Notes: generated by a model not told the origin, from the sequence alone. Counted from the stretch's first letter, positions 23,639 through 34,171 are shown. The stretch: DNA of 64,000 nucleotides from Candidatus Woesearchaeota archaeon (GCA_016181305.1 JACOZN010000010.1:1-64000), one strand, 5' to 3'. Translations and numbers: made by a program.

Positions 23639-26600
23639 TCACCCTGTTTTATTTAACAATAAAAACTCATAACTAGTTCTATTTTTACCATTTACTAAAT
23701 CTGTTATAATAGATTTAGTTATAAATGAATCAGCAAGACTTAGTAAACTAACTGGAGCAGCATGAGCACCTATACTTAAATAATAGAACTTTTGATTTGA
23801 ATTTACATTAGAGTATATAGCATCTTCATCTTCTTTTGTAACTACTAAATCTGTTTTGGTGAAATAAATTGATGGAATACCAAATATATTTCCATATGGT
23901 ATTGGTGTGGTTCCCCTAATTAAAACAAATCTATTAACATTAATATTGTTTCCTAGTTGATTGTCAGAGTTACTTTCAATAAAATTAAGGTATTTATCTG
24001 CTAAATTATAAGATATTGCGCCATCGGATAAGGATAAGATTCCAGCTGCCGTTTTACATTCTAAATCGGTACTCGACGATACCTCAAGAAGAGCTTTCCC
24101 TACATCATTTGGAGAAATATGATTTTTAGAAATTAACTTTTGCCTTAATTGATTCGCATATTTCCCCCAACATTTAGAATAAAGTGATTCATTTATAAAA
24201 GCCCCCGGACACCCAACTCCAACAAAAGTATCAACAGGAGTACTAGCCAAATCCATCAACTGGTAACTTCCAGTTGTAGTATCAAAATAATATCCTGCAT
24301 TATTCTTTCCAGCAGACCAATTCTTTAATGAATCTAATGCCACTCTACATCCATTACTGAAGCCAGCGTAATCAAGTTTATTCTGCCCAGAATACTTCTC
24401 TACACCGGCAATCAACGCAGTCCAGTAATAATCCACCAAATCCTCATACTTGTAATTAGGACAGGTGTCACAATCTTGTGTAGGACCTCCTGTTAATTCT
24501 ATTAACCATGTATCTCTTGCGTTTTCTGGGTCAGAAGATAGTTCTTTGCCAAAAGATTCCCATGTTAAAAGATTGCTCCATAACCCTCTTGCTAAAACAA
24601 CAGGTTTTGCATTTTTTACAATTGCATCTTTAAAGTTAGCAGAATAATCTGTGTTTACATTTTTCAGTCTTAAAGTAGTGTTTTGCCCATAAGAAGTACC
24701 ATCTGTTGTTTTTACTGTCTTAATAGCAATCTCAAAATTATTGTCATTCAATATTCTCTCAACAACTGCTTTAAAGTTGTTGCTTCCTCTTTGATTGTAG
24801 AATGGTTTGTTTTCAATGCTATGGAATAAGTCCATCACAGATATTCCAGTCACATCAAAATTATCTAGAATAATGGTTCTCTCATCAAAGGAAGAACTTC
24901 CTTCTGTTAAAAATAATGATTGCGCTGATACCAGCTTTTTAACAGCGGCAATATCACCTTCTATCTCCTTGCCATAAGCTACAACATATCTTCTGTTAAA
25001 GTCATCTTTGTTCCAGAAACCTCCTGCAATCCCAATATAAGGTGTATATCCAATATAAGCGTTATTATATTTGATTGACTTACCATCAAAAAAATAAGGA
25101 TTTTGCATTCTACCAATAGTTTTAGAAGTATAGGGATTTACTTTATCTTTAAAAGTATCACCATTCTTTCCCACTATTATGTTCAGATAATTTGAAGATA
25201 AAGAAGGTTGTTTATCGATAAATAGCTCCAAATAACTTTCTATAGCTTGGTCAGCTTTATCATAACCTGTTTTAACTTCCAAATAAGCCTTTACGGGATT
25301 TCTAATAAAAGGTCTTAAAACATAATTGTTAGTTTTAGGCTCTGATATTTGGTTGTTTGGGTCAACATAGATGTTTAAATAATCAACATTTGTAGTATCA
25401 AGATTTACTACAATTTCTGCTGTAGTATTTGTGTTAGATACAGGTACAATGCTGCTATTTTCTCTTTCAGTTAATCCTGTATTTTTATTCTGACCTCTAA
25501 TTGTAACATTAACATTTGAGTTAATATTTTCAGTATGAATTGTTACATTAATGCCATAAATATTGCCATTGACTTGTCTAACTTTTATATCGCTTAACGA
25601 AATAAATAAGTCAGATGAGTTAACACATATATTGCAGTCAAAAATAATTGTGTCGTTGTCATTTTGGAAATCCAAAGATGATTGCTTTTGTGAAGGAGTG
25701 CATAATTTAGAAGCGTTATGCGAGCAATAAGCTGAGATATTGTATTTTAAGCCACACGCAGCATTTGTGAAGTTTATTTTATGCTCCCCATTATTGTTTG
25801 TAGTCCCATTTTGAAGATTATTGACTTTGATTATATCATTTTCTCTTGGCTTGCCTTTAGAATCAACAGACACAGCATAAATGCTTCCGCTGCACAAAGA
25901 AACGCATGGGTTAGGTACAACTTGATTTTTGAATGAAACTATTTGCCCAGTCAAATCAGGATTACACCGTGTTCCTGAGGAGCAGCTTGGATTAGCATAG
26001 TTAACCCAGTCGTCTGTTGGTGGGTTGCCAGTTATAGAGCCTCTTCCTTGTATTTGATAGGCTAAAGCTCCTTCACATATTGAACGTTTTATGTCAAATA
26101 CATAATAACTTGGTGAGTCTGATGTTGCTATTTGGTCTTGTGCACTAGCACAATAATGGTAAGAAACAACTTCTGCATACCTTGGAAATAGTTGTTGGGA
26201 GGTATTGGCTATGCTATGATTTATCCCTATGCCACCTTCCTGACAAACATCTCCTGAACCACCCTCATTGCAGACTTGATAGAAAGCTCTATAGCTAGAA
26301 GTTGTGCCAAAACTAGATGAAAAAGTAGCACAATCTGTCTTTGCAGTTGCATTTTTATATCTGCATTCATCAAAATCAGGTACGCCGCTTAAATCCGAAT
26401 CATAGTCAAAACATTCTGCATCTAAGCCTGCCTGCTGGTCATAATTATGTACTTTTAAGACTCCATTGAGCCAAACTTTGCCATCAGTTGTTGTTGAACC
26501 ATCTAAACTAAAATCATCATGCAATACGGCAGATGCAGAAAGTAATTTAATTGTTTGATTTTCGCTTATTTTGTAGAGATATTTATATTGGTTACCATCC

Positions 26601-28153
26601 CTGAATATTTTAATCCAATAATAACCATTTGCAAAATCGACGTCATCAACCGTACCATTAGCTGTTTTCCATAATTGATATTGATTTGGATCGCTAAAGT
26701 AATTTGTTATGTTATAGACTTCATAATAGTATGTTTCTCTTATGAAAGTGTAATTTGTTGTATTTAACTTAACCTGCACCAATCCATACCCAAATAAATC
26801 ATCCTTTCCAGATTGTCCTAAATCCAAGGCGTCATTCCTTAATTTTGCCCTTATCTGCTCATTTGTTAAGGATTTATTAAAAGATTTAATCAAGGCTGCA
26901 ACTCCTGCAACATGAGGGGCAGCCATGGAAGTGCCTGATGAAACAGAGTATTGATTGTTTAATGATGTTGAATTAATGTCAACTCCCGGAGCAACTAATT
27001 CCTGCTCAAAGCCATAAGACGAGAAAGAAGCAAGATTGTCATTTGAATCAACTGCTCCGACTGCTATGACTGTATCATATTTTGCAGGATATAAAATATT
27101 GTCTGTTCCTTCATTTCCCGATGCGGCAACTAAAACAATATTGTTATTGTAAGCTTCCTGCAGGACTTCCTTAAATATTTGGGAATAAGAATTGAAGCCG
27201 AAGCTCATGCTTGCAATGTCCATGCTGTTATTTATAGCCCATTCAATGCCTGCAATTGCGTTGCTTAAGTCTCCTATAGAGCCTTGCATTATCTTAACGG
27301 AATATAAGCTTACTTCTGGAGCGACTCCTACCAATCCTTCATCATTCAATAGAGCGGATATAACCCCAGCTACCGATGTGCCATGACCATTGCTGTCAAA
27401 ATAATCGTTGTCAACAAACGAAACTCCCCCAGCAACAGCCAAATCATTATGCGCTCCAATTCCAGTGTCCAAAACAGCAACTTTTACATTAGAGCCCTTG
27501 CTTGAATTCCATGCAGAATCAGCCTTAATCTTCTTAATGTTAAATGGGATATTGTCACCTAAAACTTTCACCTCTTGTTCCAATTCTATAAACTCTATTT
27601 CATTGTCTTCAATCAAATCTTCTATGTCTTCTGCTTCGCCTCTTATCTTAGTTACTTTAAATTTTTCAATTTTCTTCTCTAAAGTAACATTAACCAATTC
27701 ATTCTCATCTATTGAATCCTTGAATTTAATTATATAATTCTTGATTTCTTTTTTGTCTTTAATATTTTTGAGATATTTTTCAGTTTCGTTATTCAGCTTG
27801 TTTTTATTTAACTCGACTATTTTTGTTAAATTTTTTATTGGTATTTCTGGCAATGTTATGTTTGTTGTTTTATTTAATGTTAAGTTGATGCTTTGGTTCG
27901 TAGTTAAATTATCTATCAGTAAGCTTAAATTAGTGCTTTGGTTTATAGAAATATTTTCTGTTGGAATAGTTAAATTTGCTGTTTCATTTATTGTTGTTTG
28001 ATTTAAATTAATTGATTCATTTAAATTTATAAAACTGGAATTATCCGTAGAATTAAGCACCTGTGCACTTACAAAAACAACAGCGCCAAAGAGCAAGGCA
28101 AGTAATGCAACCAAACTCAACTCGCCATTTTTGTTTTTTGACACTTTTGGCAC
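23639..28153 (-). CDS. Large secreted multidomain protein: S8 subtilisin, Cys-rich/CARDB-like middle region, C-terminal alpha/beta hydrolase
   Basis: S8 triad motifs 'VAVLDTG', 'DSNGHGT', 'GTSMAAPHVAG'. C-terminal 'PVVLARGLWS', nucleophile elbow 'AGFSNG', 'TDLVV', 'GAH'. N-terminal signal/TM segment. Confidence 0.88.
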   Translation of the reverse strand: MPKVSKNKNGELSLVALLALLFGAVVFVSAQVLNSTDNSSFINLNESINLNQTTINETANLTIPTENISINQSTNLSLLIDNLTTNQSINLTLNKTTNITLPEIPIKNLTKIVELNKNKLNNETEKYLKNIKDKKEIKNYIIKFKDSIDENELVNVTLEKKIEKFKVTKIRGEAEDIEDLIEDNEIEFIELEQEVKVLGDNIPFNIKKIKADSAWNSSKGSNVKVAVLDTGIGAHNDLAVAGGVSFVDNDYFDSNGHGTSVAGVISALLNDEGLVGVAPEVSLYSVKIMQGSIGDLSNAIAGIEWAINNSMDIASMSFGFNSYSQIFKEVLQEAYNNNIVLVAASGNEGTDNILYPAKYDTVIAVGAVDSNDNLASFSSYGFEQELVAPGVDINSTSLNNQYSVSSGTSMAAPHVAGVAALIKSFNKSLTNEQIRAKLRNDALDLGQSGKDDLFGYGLVQVKLNTTNYTFIRETYYYEVYNITNYFSDPNQYQLWKTANGTVDDVDFANGYYWIKIFRDGNQYKYLYKISENQTIKLLSASAVLHDDFSLDGSTTTDGKVWLNGVLKVHNYDQQAGLDAECFDYDSDLSGVPDFDECRYKNATAKTDCATFSSSFGTTSSYRAFYQVCNEGGSGDVCQEGGIGINHSIANTSQQLFPRYAEVVSYHYCASAQDQIATSDSPSYYVFDIKRSICEGALAYQIQGRGSITGNPPTDDWVNYANPSCSSGTRCNPDLTGQIVSFKNQVVPNPCVSLCSGSIYAVSVDSKGKPRENDIIKVNNLQNGTTNNNGEHKINFTNAACGLKYNISAYCSHNASKLCTPSQKQSSLDFQNDNDTIIFDCNICVNSSDLFISLSDIKVRQVNGNIYGINVTIHTENINSNVNVTIRGQNKNTGLTERENSSIVPVSNTNTTAEIVVNLDTTNVDYLNIYVDPNNQISEPKTNNYVLRPFIRNPVKAYLEVKTGYDKADQAIESYLELFIDKQPSLSSNYLNIIVGKNGDTFKDKVNPYTSKTIGRMQNPYFFDGKSIKYNNAYIGYTPYIGIAGGFWNKDDFNRRYVVAYGKEIEGDIAAVKKLVSAQSLFLTEGSSSFDERTIILDNFDVTGISVMDLFHSIENKPFYNQRGSNNFKAVVERILNDNNFEIAIKTVKTTDGTSYGQNTTLRLKNVNTDYSANFKDAIVKNAKPVVLARGLWSNLLTWESFGKELSSDPENARDTWLIELTGGPTQDCDTCPNYKYEDLVDYYWTALIAGVEKYSGQNKLDYAGFSNGCRVALDSLKNWSAGKNNAGYYFDTTTGSYQLMDLASTPVDTFVGVGCPGAFINESLYSKCWGKYANQLRQKLISKNHISPNDVGKALLEVSSSTDLECKTAAGILSLSDGAISYNLADKYLNFIESNSDNQLGNNINVNRFVLIRGTTPIPYGNIFGIPSIYFTKTDLVVTKEDEDAIYSNVNSNQKFYYLSIGAHAAPVSLLSLADSFITKSIITDLVNGKNRTSYEFLLLNKTG

Positions 28154-28173
28154 CTCTTTTGAATCACCTCCAG

Positions 28174-29631
28174 CTACTTAGTTGCATTAATCATTAATTC
28201 TATAGTCTTAGTTATGTTTGTGCTTGTTATGTTTGACATCTCTAAAATATATAGCACAGGAGTCAGATTAAACATATTCACATGCTGCTCTCCTTTAGTT
28301 ACATAGTTAAATGCCCATGCTTTACTGCCTTTCTTTGCCATTCTATCGAAAGTTCCTTTAGTTTGCCCATTTGATAGATTTCTGGCATAAATCTGCACTT
28401 CTGTGTAGTTAGTGTAGCCACTTAATAAGGCATTTTGAATGCCAGCACCTATTGCTGAATCTCCGCTTGTCTCTAACCCCATTATTGTTAAACTTAAAGG
28501 ACCGCTTGTGCTTTTCCCAGATTCATTCATGTTTCCAGAAGAGTCTTTGCAGCTTAGATAAGCTATAGAATCCTCATAAACCATCTCGTCTTCCGGTTTT
28601 AAATCGCATGCATGCTCAATTGTGCCTTCTCCTGACGTGCAATTCCTCAAGCTACCTATTTGGGTATAGTTCAAGCTGCTAGTTGCTATAGCACAATATG
28701 CAGCTTCGCTTGTATTAAAGTAAAGCGTTGGCGTTGTATCGCTAGTGCTGCAAGGATTTGAGGGATTTGTATTCCAGTTTGTGCATGAAGAGCCTTGATC
28801 GCTATAATTTGTTATAGTAGGTGGTGTTGTGTCTGGGGTTATAGTCACATTTAAGCAATTACTTCCATTATACATGCACATTACATCAGTATCTACTGCA
28901 CAGCTTCTGCTTAATATAACAACATCAGAAAAGTTTAGGTTTTTACCGCCTCCTACATGCGAACCTGATTGGTATTGGACATTAATATGGAATAAACAAG
29001 GTGGCAAGTCAGCGACTGTGATAGTAGTAGCTGCTAATAATACCCCATCTCGCAAGTAGCTTAAATTTGTTCCTCTTAAATTTAAGGTGTGGTGATGCCA
29101 TCCGCCACTAAAGGTATTATTTCCATTAAAAATTTTATCGGCTGTGTTATATTGCAGATTAATATATCCATTTGGTGACTCGCTATGAATTCCCCAATGA
29201 GGTCTTCCTGCTGAATTATCTTTGTCTATACAATTAAACAGCCATTGCTCACTTGGCGCTTCTGCTGCAAAATCAACATCATGCTGAACCCATCCCATAA
29301 CGCAAAAATCCCCCGCAAAACCATAGTCATTAGAATTATTTTGCGACGTCATATATTGATTTGTATGGTCTAAGAAAGCAAATGAGCCATTTGGCGTTGT
29401 ATAAGAGTCTGGAACTGCATATTTAATGTTTGTCCCAGTAATGGTTAAAGATTTTTTAAGCGATGAATAATCAATTTGACTGCCACCTGTTGCATTCATT
29501 CTAAACCATCCCGTAAGATTGCTTTGATTCATATTAGGGACTGCTGATTGATTATTCAAACCAAGAGCATTAACATCGAAAATAAAAAGTATGAAGAACA
29601 ATGCCAAAACCAAAATAATTACCTTTCTCAT
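28174..29631 (-). CDS. Secreted protein with LamG/concanavalin-A-like domain and Ig-like C-terminal region
   Basis: Signal peptide, 'GWFRMN', 'FCVMGWV', 'GWHHHTL', 'YLRDG', 'NFSDVVIL', 'DTTPPTIT'. Confidence 0.7.
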   Translation of the reverse strand: MRKVIILVLALFFILFIFDVNALGLNNQSAVPNMNQSNLTGWFRMNATGGSQIDYSSLKKSLTITGTNIKYAVPDSYTTPNGSFAFLDHTNQYMTSQNNSNDYGFAGDFCVMGWVQHDVDFAAEAPSEQWLFNCIDKDNSAGRPHWGIHSESPNGYINLQYNTADKIFNGNNTFSGGWHHHTLNLRGTNLSYLRDGVLLAATTITVADLPPCLFHINVQYQSGSHVGGGKNLNFSDVVILSRSCAVDTDVMCMYNGSNCLNVTITPDTTPPTITNYSDQGSSCTNWNTNPSNPCSTSDTTPTLYFNTSEAAYCAIATSSLNYTQIGSLRNCTSGEGTIEHACDLKPEDEMVYEDSIAYLSCKDSSGNMNESGKSTSGPLSLTIMGLETSGDSAIGAGIQNALLSGYTNYTEVQIYARNLSNGQTKGTFDRMAKKGSKAWAFNYVTKGEQHVNMFNLTPVLYILEMSNITSTNITKTIELMINATK

Positions 29632-30266
29632 TTTCCCACCTCCATCAGAGCCAATTTGCTTAGGTAGAAAGTAGGATCTTCCTCAACAAAGTCTTCTCTG
29701 GAATTCTTATAGAAAACCCTTACTTTATTATCACAAATTTCAAATTTCTGGCAGCTTTTCCCGCCTTTGCAGTCAGTAAACTGCCCTTTAAATGCGCCAT
29801 CCTCATTGGAGACGCAGGTTACAATCAGGCAATTGTTTTCAGTATTTTGTATGCAGGCTCCCCATTGAGAAAAATCGATTTCTTTTTTCTCGACTACAGC
29901 GCCTTTATTGATTGAAACAATAAACTTATCATGAGGCTTGCATTCTGTTAAGTTCCTTGCAAAAGTAATTTCACCTGTTTTGCATTGAAAATTCCAAGTT
30001 GATTGCTGCGGAGAGCAAGCTGTATTTGACCCAGAGGTGTTCAAGCACAGCGTATAGTTGTTGTAATAGGTGCAGTCTCCGTATAATGGCTGAATTTCAT
30101 CATAAAAGCTTGTAGTGCATGTTTCTTGCTGTTCAATGCTTATTGTTGGAGTTGCTTGGCTTGTTTTGCTTACTACACTGGTTATTGGGCTTATCTGGCT
30201 TAATGCAGTTGCCATCAGCAAAACAACTATCACGAACATTAACACAAATAGATTTATTTTTTTCAT
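29628..30266 (-). CDS. Secreted Cys-rich hypothetical protein
   Basis: Signal peptide, about 12 Cys, GAGGTGG RBS, overlaps the next gene by 4 nt. Confidence 0.7.
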   Translation of the reverse strand: MKKINLFVLMFVIVVLLMATALSQISPITSVVSKTSQATPTISIEQQETCTTSFYDEIQPLYGDCTYYNNYTLCLNTSGSNTACSPQQSTWNFQCKTGEITFARNLTECKPHDKFIVSINKGAVVEKKEIDFSQWGACIQNTENNCLIVTCVSNEDGAFKGQFTDCKGGKSCQKFEICDNKVRVFYKNSREDFVEEDPTFYLSKLALMEVGK

Positions 30267-30468
30267 AGAAAACCACCTCTGGCTTTGATTATAAATTGAA
30301 CAAGATTATTGGGCATATCAAAATTTAGAGAAAATAGCCTATTCAGTATTTCCCTTTTTTTAATGACTAACCACCCTGAAGAACTGCCCTAATCTTGACT
30401 TATTTAAACTTTCCTATTTATTCTCCTATCTGTAGATAATTTTAAATACCTTCTTCATAATCCAGAGC

Positions 30469-31944
30469 ATGGAAATGACACAGCAAAAAGGATTTCCGGT
30501 AACAGACGCTTATGACTCGATGTTCGGAAGCGAGGCTAAGGAAGAGGAGCATTTTTTGCCGCATATACTTCCATTGAGCCTGAACAAGCAGCTAATCCAT
30601 TCAGTGATGGAAAAGGCAGGCAAGGGGAAAAAATGGGTGCTTGCCTTTGTCATAGGGACAAAGCCATGCTTCTACAAATTCTATGGCTCGATTGTGGCTG
30701 CGAACAAGGCAGGAATACCAAATTTCATAATCAACTCCAACCAGCATTATGATGATGTGCTTACAAGGGGCTTGACAGAATTCAATCTGCAGAATCATGT
30801 TGCATGCAACCTTGCAATAAGGGGCGACCTGGCGCAAAAGTCCGCTGAATTGATGATGAAGGTAAGCTGGCTTGCAAGGCACCTGAAAAAAAACTGGCCT
30901 GGGGTTACAGTTGTGCCTGTTGTTTTGGGCGACACGATAATGACTGCGATTGTGCCTGCTGCATGGATGTTCTCAAGGGTTGAAAAAGCAATACAGGTTG
31001 AAGCAGGGCTGAGGTCAATGGCTCCTGAAGTCATGAAGCGCTACAAAAATGTCGACATTCAGACTTTTATAGACCAGCAGTTTTACGGCAAGTGGCTTTT
31101 GCTGAGGAACGAGCCTTTCCCCGAGCAGTGGGATACCTACACTTCTGCTGCAGGCTCTGAATTTTTATTTGCGCCTGTAAGCCTCAACAGGGAGCATTTA
31201 ATCAGGGAAGGCTATCCTGAAAGCAGCATATGGGTTGTCGGGGGAGTTGTAGTGGATGCGCTTGAGCTGAAAAGAAAGGAAAAAGCAGAGAAAAGCGTTT
31301 TTGATGTTTTTCCGCAGCTTGAAAAGGGAAAATGGATTAGGGTGGATATACACCGAAGGGAAAATCTGACTCCGACAAGGTTCAAAGCCATAATAGGCGC
31401 TGTGCAGGAGCTTGTAAAAAAGGGCTATAATGTGAATTTCATAGAGATGAGCGCCACAAGAAACGCCCTTGACTACTACAAGATGAGGGATTTGATAAAC
31501 AGGCTGAAAAAGCAAAAAAATTTCCTGCATACAAACGTGTGGCCCGAGTACTCAAATGTTGTGGAGTTTTTCGAGTCAAAAAACTGCATGGCTGCATTGA
31601 CAGACTCTGGCGGCGTGCAGGAGGAGCTTAACCTGATTGGGAAACCGTGCCTAACATGCAGGATAAGCACAGACAGGCCTGAGACGGTGTTTGATACCAA
31701 AAGCAACATTCTTGTCCCGCCAATAAGCAGCGATTACATATTGAAGCTGATAACCCACATAGCAAAAGATGAAAGCTTGCTCAAGAAAATGGCAAATGCG
31801 AAAAGGCTTTACGGCTCCAATGTGGGCGGCAAGATAATGCTCGTTCTCTCAAAGCTGATGGCGAAAGGGGAAAGGCCTTTCAAATGGTCGCATGAGGCGC
31901 TGGGGTTATGGAAAGAAAAGGACAAGGGTGTGGAATATCTCTAA
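30469..31944 (+). CDS. Divergent UDP-N-acetylglucosamine 2-epimerase family protein
   Basis: 'GTKPC' (canonical GTRPE), 'VLGDT', 'VEAGLRS', 'DIHRREN', 'TDSGGVQEE'. Confidence 0.82.
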   Translation: MEMTQQKGFPVTDAYDSMFGSEAKEEEHFLPHILPLSLNKQLIHSVMEKAGKGKKWVLAFVIGTKPCFYKFYGSIVAANKAGIPNFIINSNQHYDDVLTRGLTEFNLQNHVACNLAIRGDLAQKSAELMMKVSWLARHLKKNWPGVTVVPVVLGDTIMTAIVPAAWMFSRVEKAIQVEAGLRSMAPEVMKRYKNVDIQTFIDQQFYGKWLLLRNEPFPEQWDTYTSAAGSEFLFAPVSLNREHLIREGYPESSIWVVGGVVVDALELKRKEKAEKSVFDVFPQLEKGKWIRVDIHRRENLTPTRFKAIIGAVQELVKKGYNVNFIEMSATRNALDYYKMRDLINRLKKQKNFLHTNVWPEYSNVVEFFESKNCMAALTDSGGVQEELNLIGKPCLTCRISTDRPETVFDTKSNILVPPISSDYILKLITHIAKDESLLKKMANAKRLYGSNVGGKIMLVLSKLMAKGERPFKWSHEALGLWKEKDKGVEYL

Positions 31945-34171
31945 GCTGAAGATTTTGCTCAAAGAGCACATATACATAATAATCCTGCTTTTATTGTCAG
32001 TCTTGTTTTTTTACAGCATTTTAAGCCACAACAGGATTCTGAACAACATACATTACATCAACGACATGACATTCCTGTCTTATAATGTCAGGGACTCGGT
32101 TTTCAGCCAAAAATCGCTGCATTTGTGGACTCCTTATTTTTACTCAGGGCAGCCTTTGATGGCTATACCGGAGAGCTATCTTTTTGACCTGAATTTCCTG
32201 TTCATTCTGATATTCAGGAACATATACCTTGCAATGAACCTTGCAGTGATATCATATTTTTTCCTTGCCGGACTGGGGATGTACTTATTGATTATAAGCT
32301 TCAAAAAAGGCAGCAGGGCTGCTTTCATCTCTGCATTGGTTTACATGCTCAACGGCTTCATGCATTCCTTTATAATTTCAGGGCATTTGAATATTCTTGA
32401 AAGCTATGCGCTCATCCCATTTGTATTTTTGTTTGTGTACAGGGCCGTCAAAAACGAGAAATGGCTTTCAGACTCCATAATAGCAGGATTGTTTTTTGCC
32501 ATGATGGTTCTTGCAGGAGGCATAATATTTTTTATTTACACCGGGTTTTTGATAGGAATTTTTTTGGCTTTCAGCATTGTAGGGAGAGGCTTCCTGAAAA
32601 GGCTGCTGAAGGTTTTTTTAATCGGGAGCGTGCTGCTGCTGGCATTGGTCGGGTTTGCCGCAATAAAATTGCTGCCGGCTTTGGAATTCGAAGGCATTTC
32701 AAACAGGAACGCCGGAGTTTCATACACGGAATACCTGGGCTATCCGGTCAAATTAGCTGACTCATGGCATGTGTTTGTCTCAAATATAGGCTTTGACGGG
32801 CTTTCAGGGGCGTTGGGGATTGCCGCGTTTATTCTGCTGGCTATGGGCATTTTTTCATATAGGAGCAAAAACGTCATTTTCTTCCTTATTGTGGTTGCTG
32901 TTTCCATAATGCTTGCCTCAGGCTCTTTTTTGGCTGAAATGTTCTACAACTATGTCCCCGGGTTTGGCAAGATGAGGCACATTGAAAGGGCCATGGTCCT
33001 TTTTGTCTTTTCAGCGTCAGTGCTTGCTGCATATGGCTTTGAGAATTTGAACACCAAATTAAGCAAAATTAAATTCAAGAATGCAGCTTATCTCTTTGTT
33101 GTCGCTTTAATAATTATCGAGCTTATTTCACTGCACAAAATGCCTTCTTCTGTCAAGGTTATAGACGCAAAAGACATCCCAATATTGGCGCATATAAGCA
33201 AGGACAAGGATTTCTACAGGACAATTAACATGGGGCTAAAGGAGATTATCGGCGCCGCAGGCTACAACTATAATGCGCAGCTTGGAATACCTGAAGCCAA
33301 GGGCGGCGGAGGCATATGGGTCAACGATTATGCCAGCTATCTGGCAGTTGCGCATCAGTACGCGCCGAGCAAGCTTTTGGGCATCTTGAACGTGAAATAC
33401 GCGATATCCGACAGGGAGCTTGACATTCCGAACTTCAAGCCTGCCGGGAAGTTTGCAGAATGCAGGGAATGCGCTGTGTGGAACGCATTCGGGCCTTACC
33501 TTTACGAGAACCTTGAATTATTGCCGAGGGCTTATTTTGTTGAGAACGCGATTTTGGTTGTCGGCAACAAGGATGCCTCAAGGCAGCTGATTTACTCCTT
33601 AATGCTTGACGGCAAATTCAACCCGAAAAATACTGCTGCAATGCAGGGAAAGGAAAGGATTGAAGGCTATGAAATTAATTTCTTAAAAAATTTTGATGTT
33701 GTTATATTAGCGCCGGGCTCTGTAAGCCAGGAAAGCGTTCCCATTCTCAGGGAGTATGCCCAAAATGGCGGCATTCTGCTGCCTGACATCTTAAGCGGAA
33801 AGAATGCTGTGTCGAGCGAGGAACTGGAAAATGCATTAAGCAAGCTGAAGGGAGGCTATGCAGAAGCCAAGATAACAAAATACTCAAACAATGAAGTAGA
33901 GGTTGATGCAAAAGGCAGGGGCTTCCTTGTATTAAGCGAGGTTTTTGCCCATTACCCCGGATGGAAGGCATTTGCAAATGGAAAGGAAATCGGGCTTTTG
34001 AAGGCGGATAATGCAATAACGGCTGTACTTCTCAACAATTATGATAGTATCATCTTCAAGTACAATCCAAAGTCTTTTAAGCTGGGAAAAGCCATCACTG
34101 CTGCAACAATAATCATTGTGCTGATTTATTTTATAGCAGCATTCTACCTAAAAAGGAAAAATGGACGATAA
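31928..34171 (+). CDS. YfhO-like GT-C membrane protein
   Basis: 'LWTPYFYSGQPLMA', 'ALVYMLNGF', 'LPRAYFV', 'LVLSEVFAHYPGWKAFANG'. Start uncertain (GTG 31928; track 31892). Confidence 0.8.
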   Translation: MWNISKLKILLKEHIYIIILLLLSVLFFYSILSHNRILNNIHYINDMTFLSYNVRDSVFSQKSLHLWTPYFYSGQPLMAIPESYLFDLNFLFILIFRNIYLAMNLAVISYFFLAGLGMYLLIISFKKGSRAAFISALVYMLNGFMHSFIISGHLNILESYALIPFVFLFVYRAVKNEKWLSDSIIAGLFFAMMVLAGGIIFFIYTGFLIGIFLAFSIVGRGFLKRLLKVFLIGSVLLLALVGFAAIKLLPALEFEGISNRNAGVSYTEYLGYPVKLADSWHVFVSNIGFDGLSGALGIAAFILLAMGIFSYRSKNVIFFLIVVAVSIMLASGSFLAEMFYNYVPGFGKMRHIERAMVLFVFSASVLAAYGFENLNTKLSKIKFKNAAYLFVVALIIIELISLHKMPSSVKVIDAKDIPILAHISKDKDFYRTINMGLKEIIGAAGYNYNAQLGIPEAKGGGGIWVNDYASYLAVAHQYAPSKLLGILNVKYAISDRELDIPNFKPAGKFAECRECAVWNAFGPYLYENLELLPRAYFVENAILVVGNKDASRQLIYSLMLDGKFNPKNTAAMQGKERIEGYEINFLKNFDVVILAPGSVSQESVPILREYAQNGGILLPDILSGKNAVSSEELENALSKLKGGYAEAKITKYSNNEVEVDAKGRGFLVLSEVFAHYPGWKAFANGKEIGLLKADNAITAVLLNNYDSIIFKYNPKSFKLGKAITAATIIIVLIYFIAAFYLKRKNGR

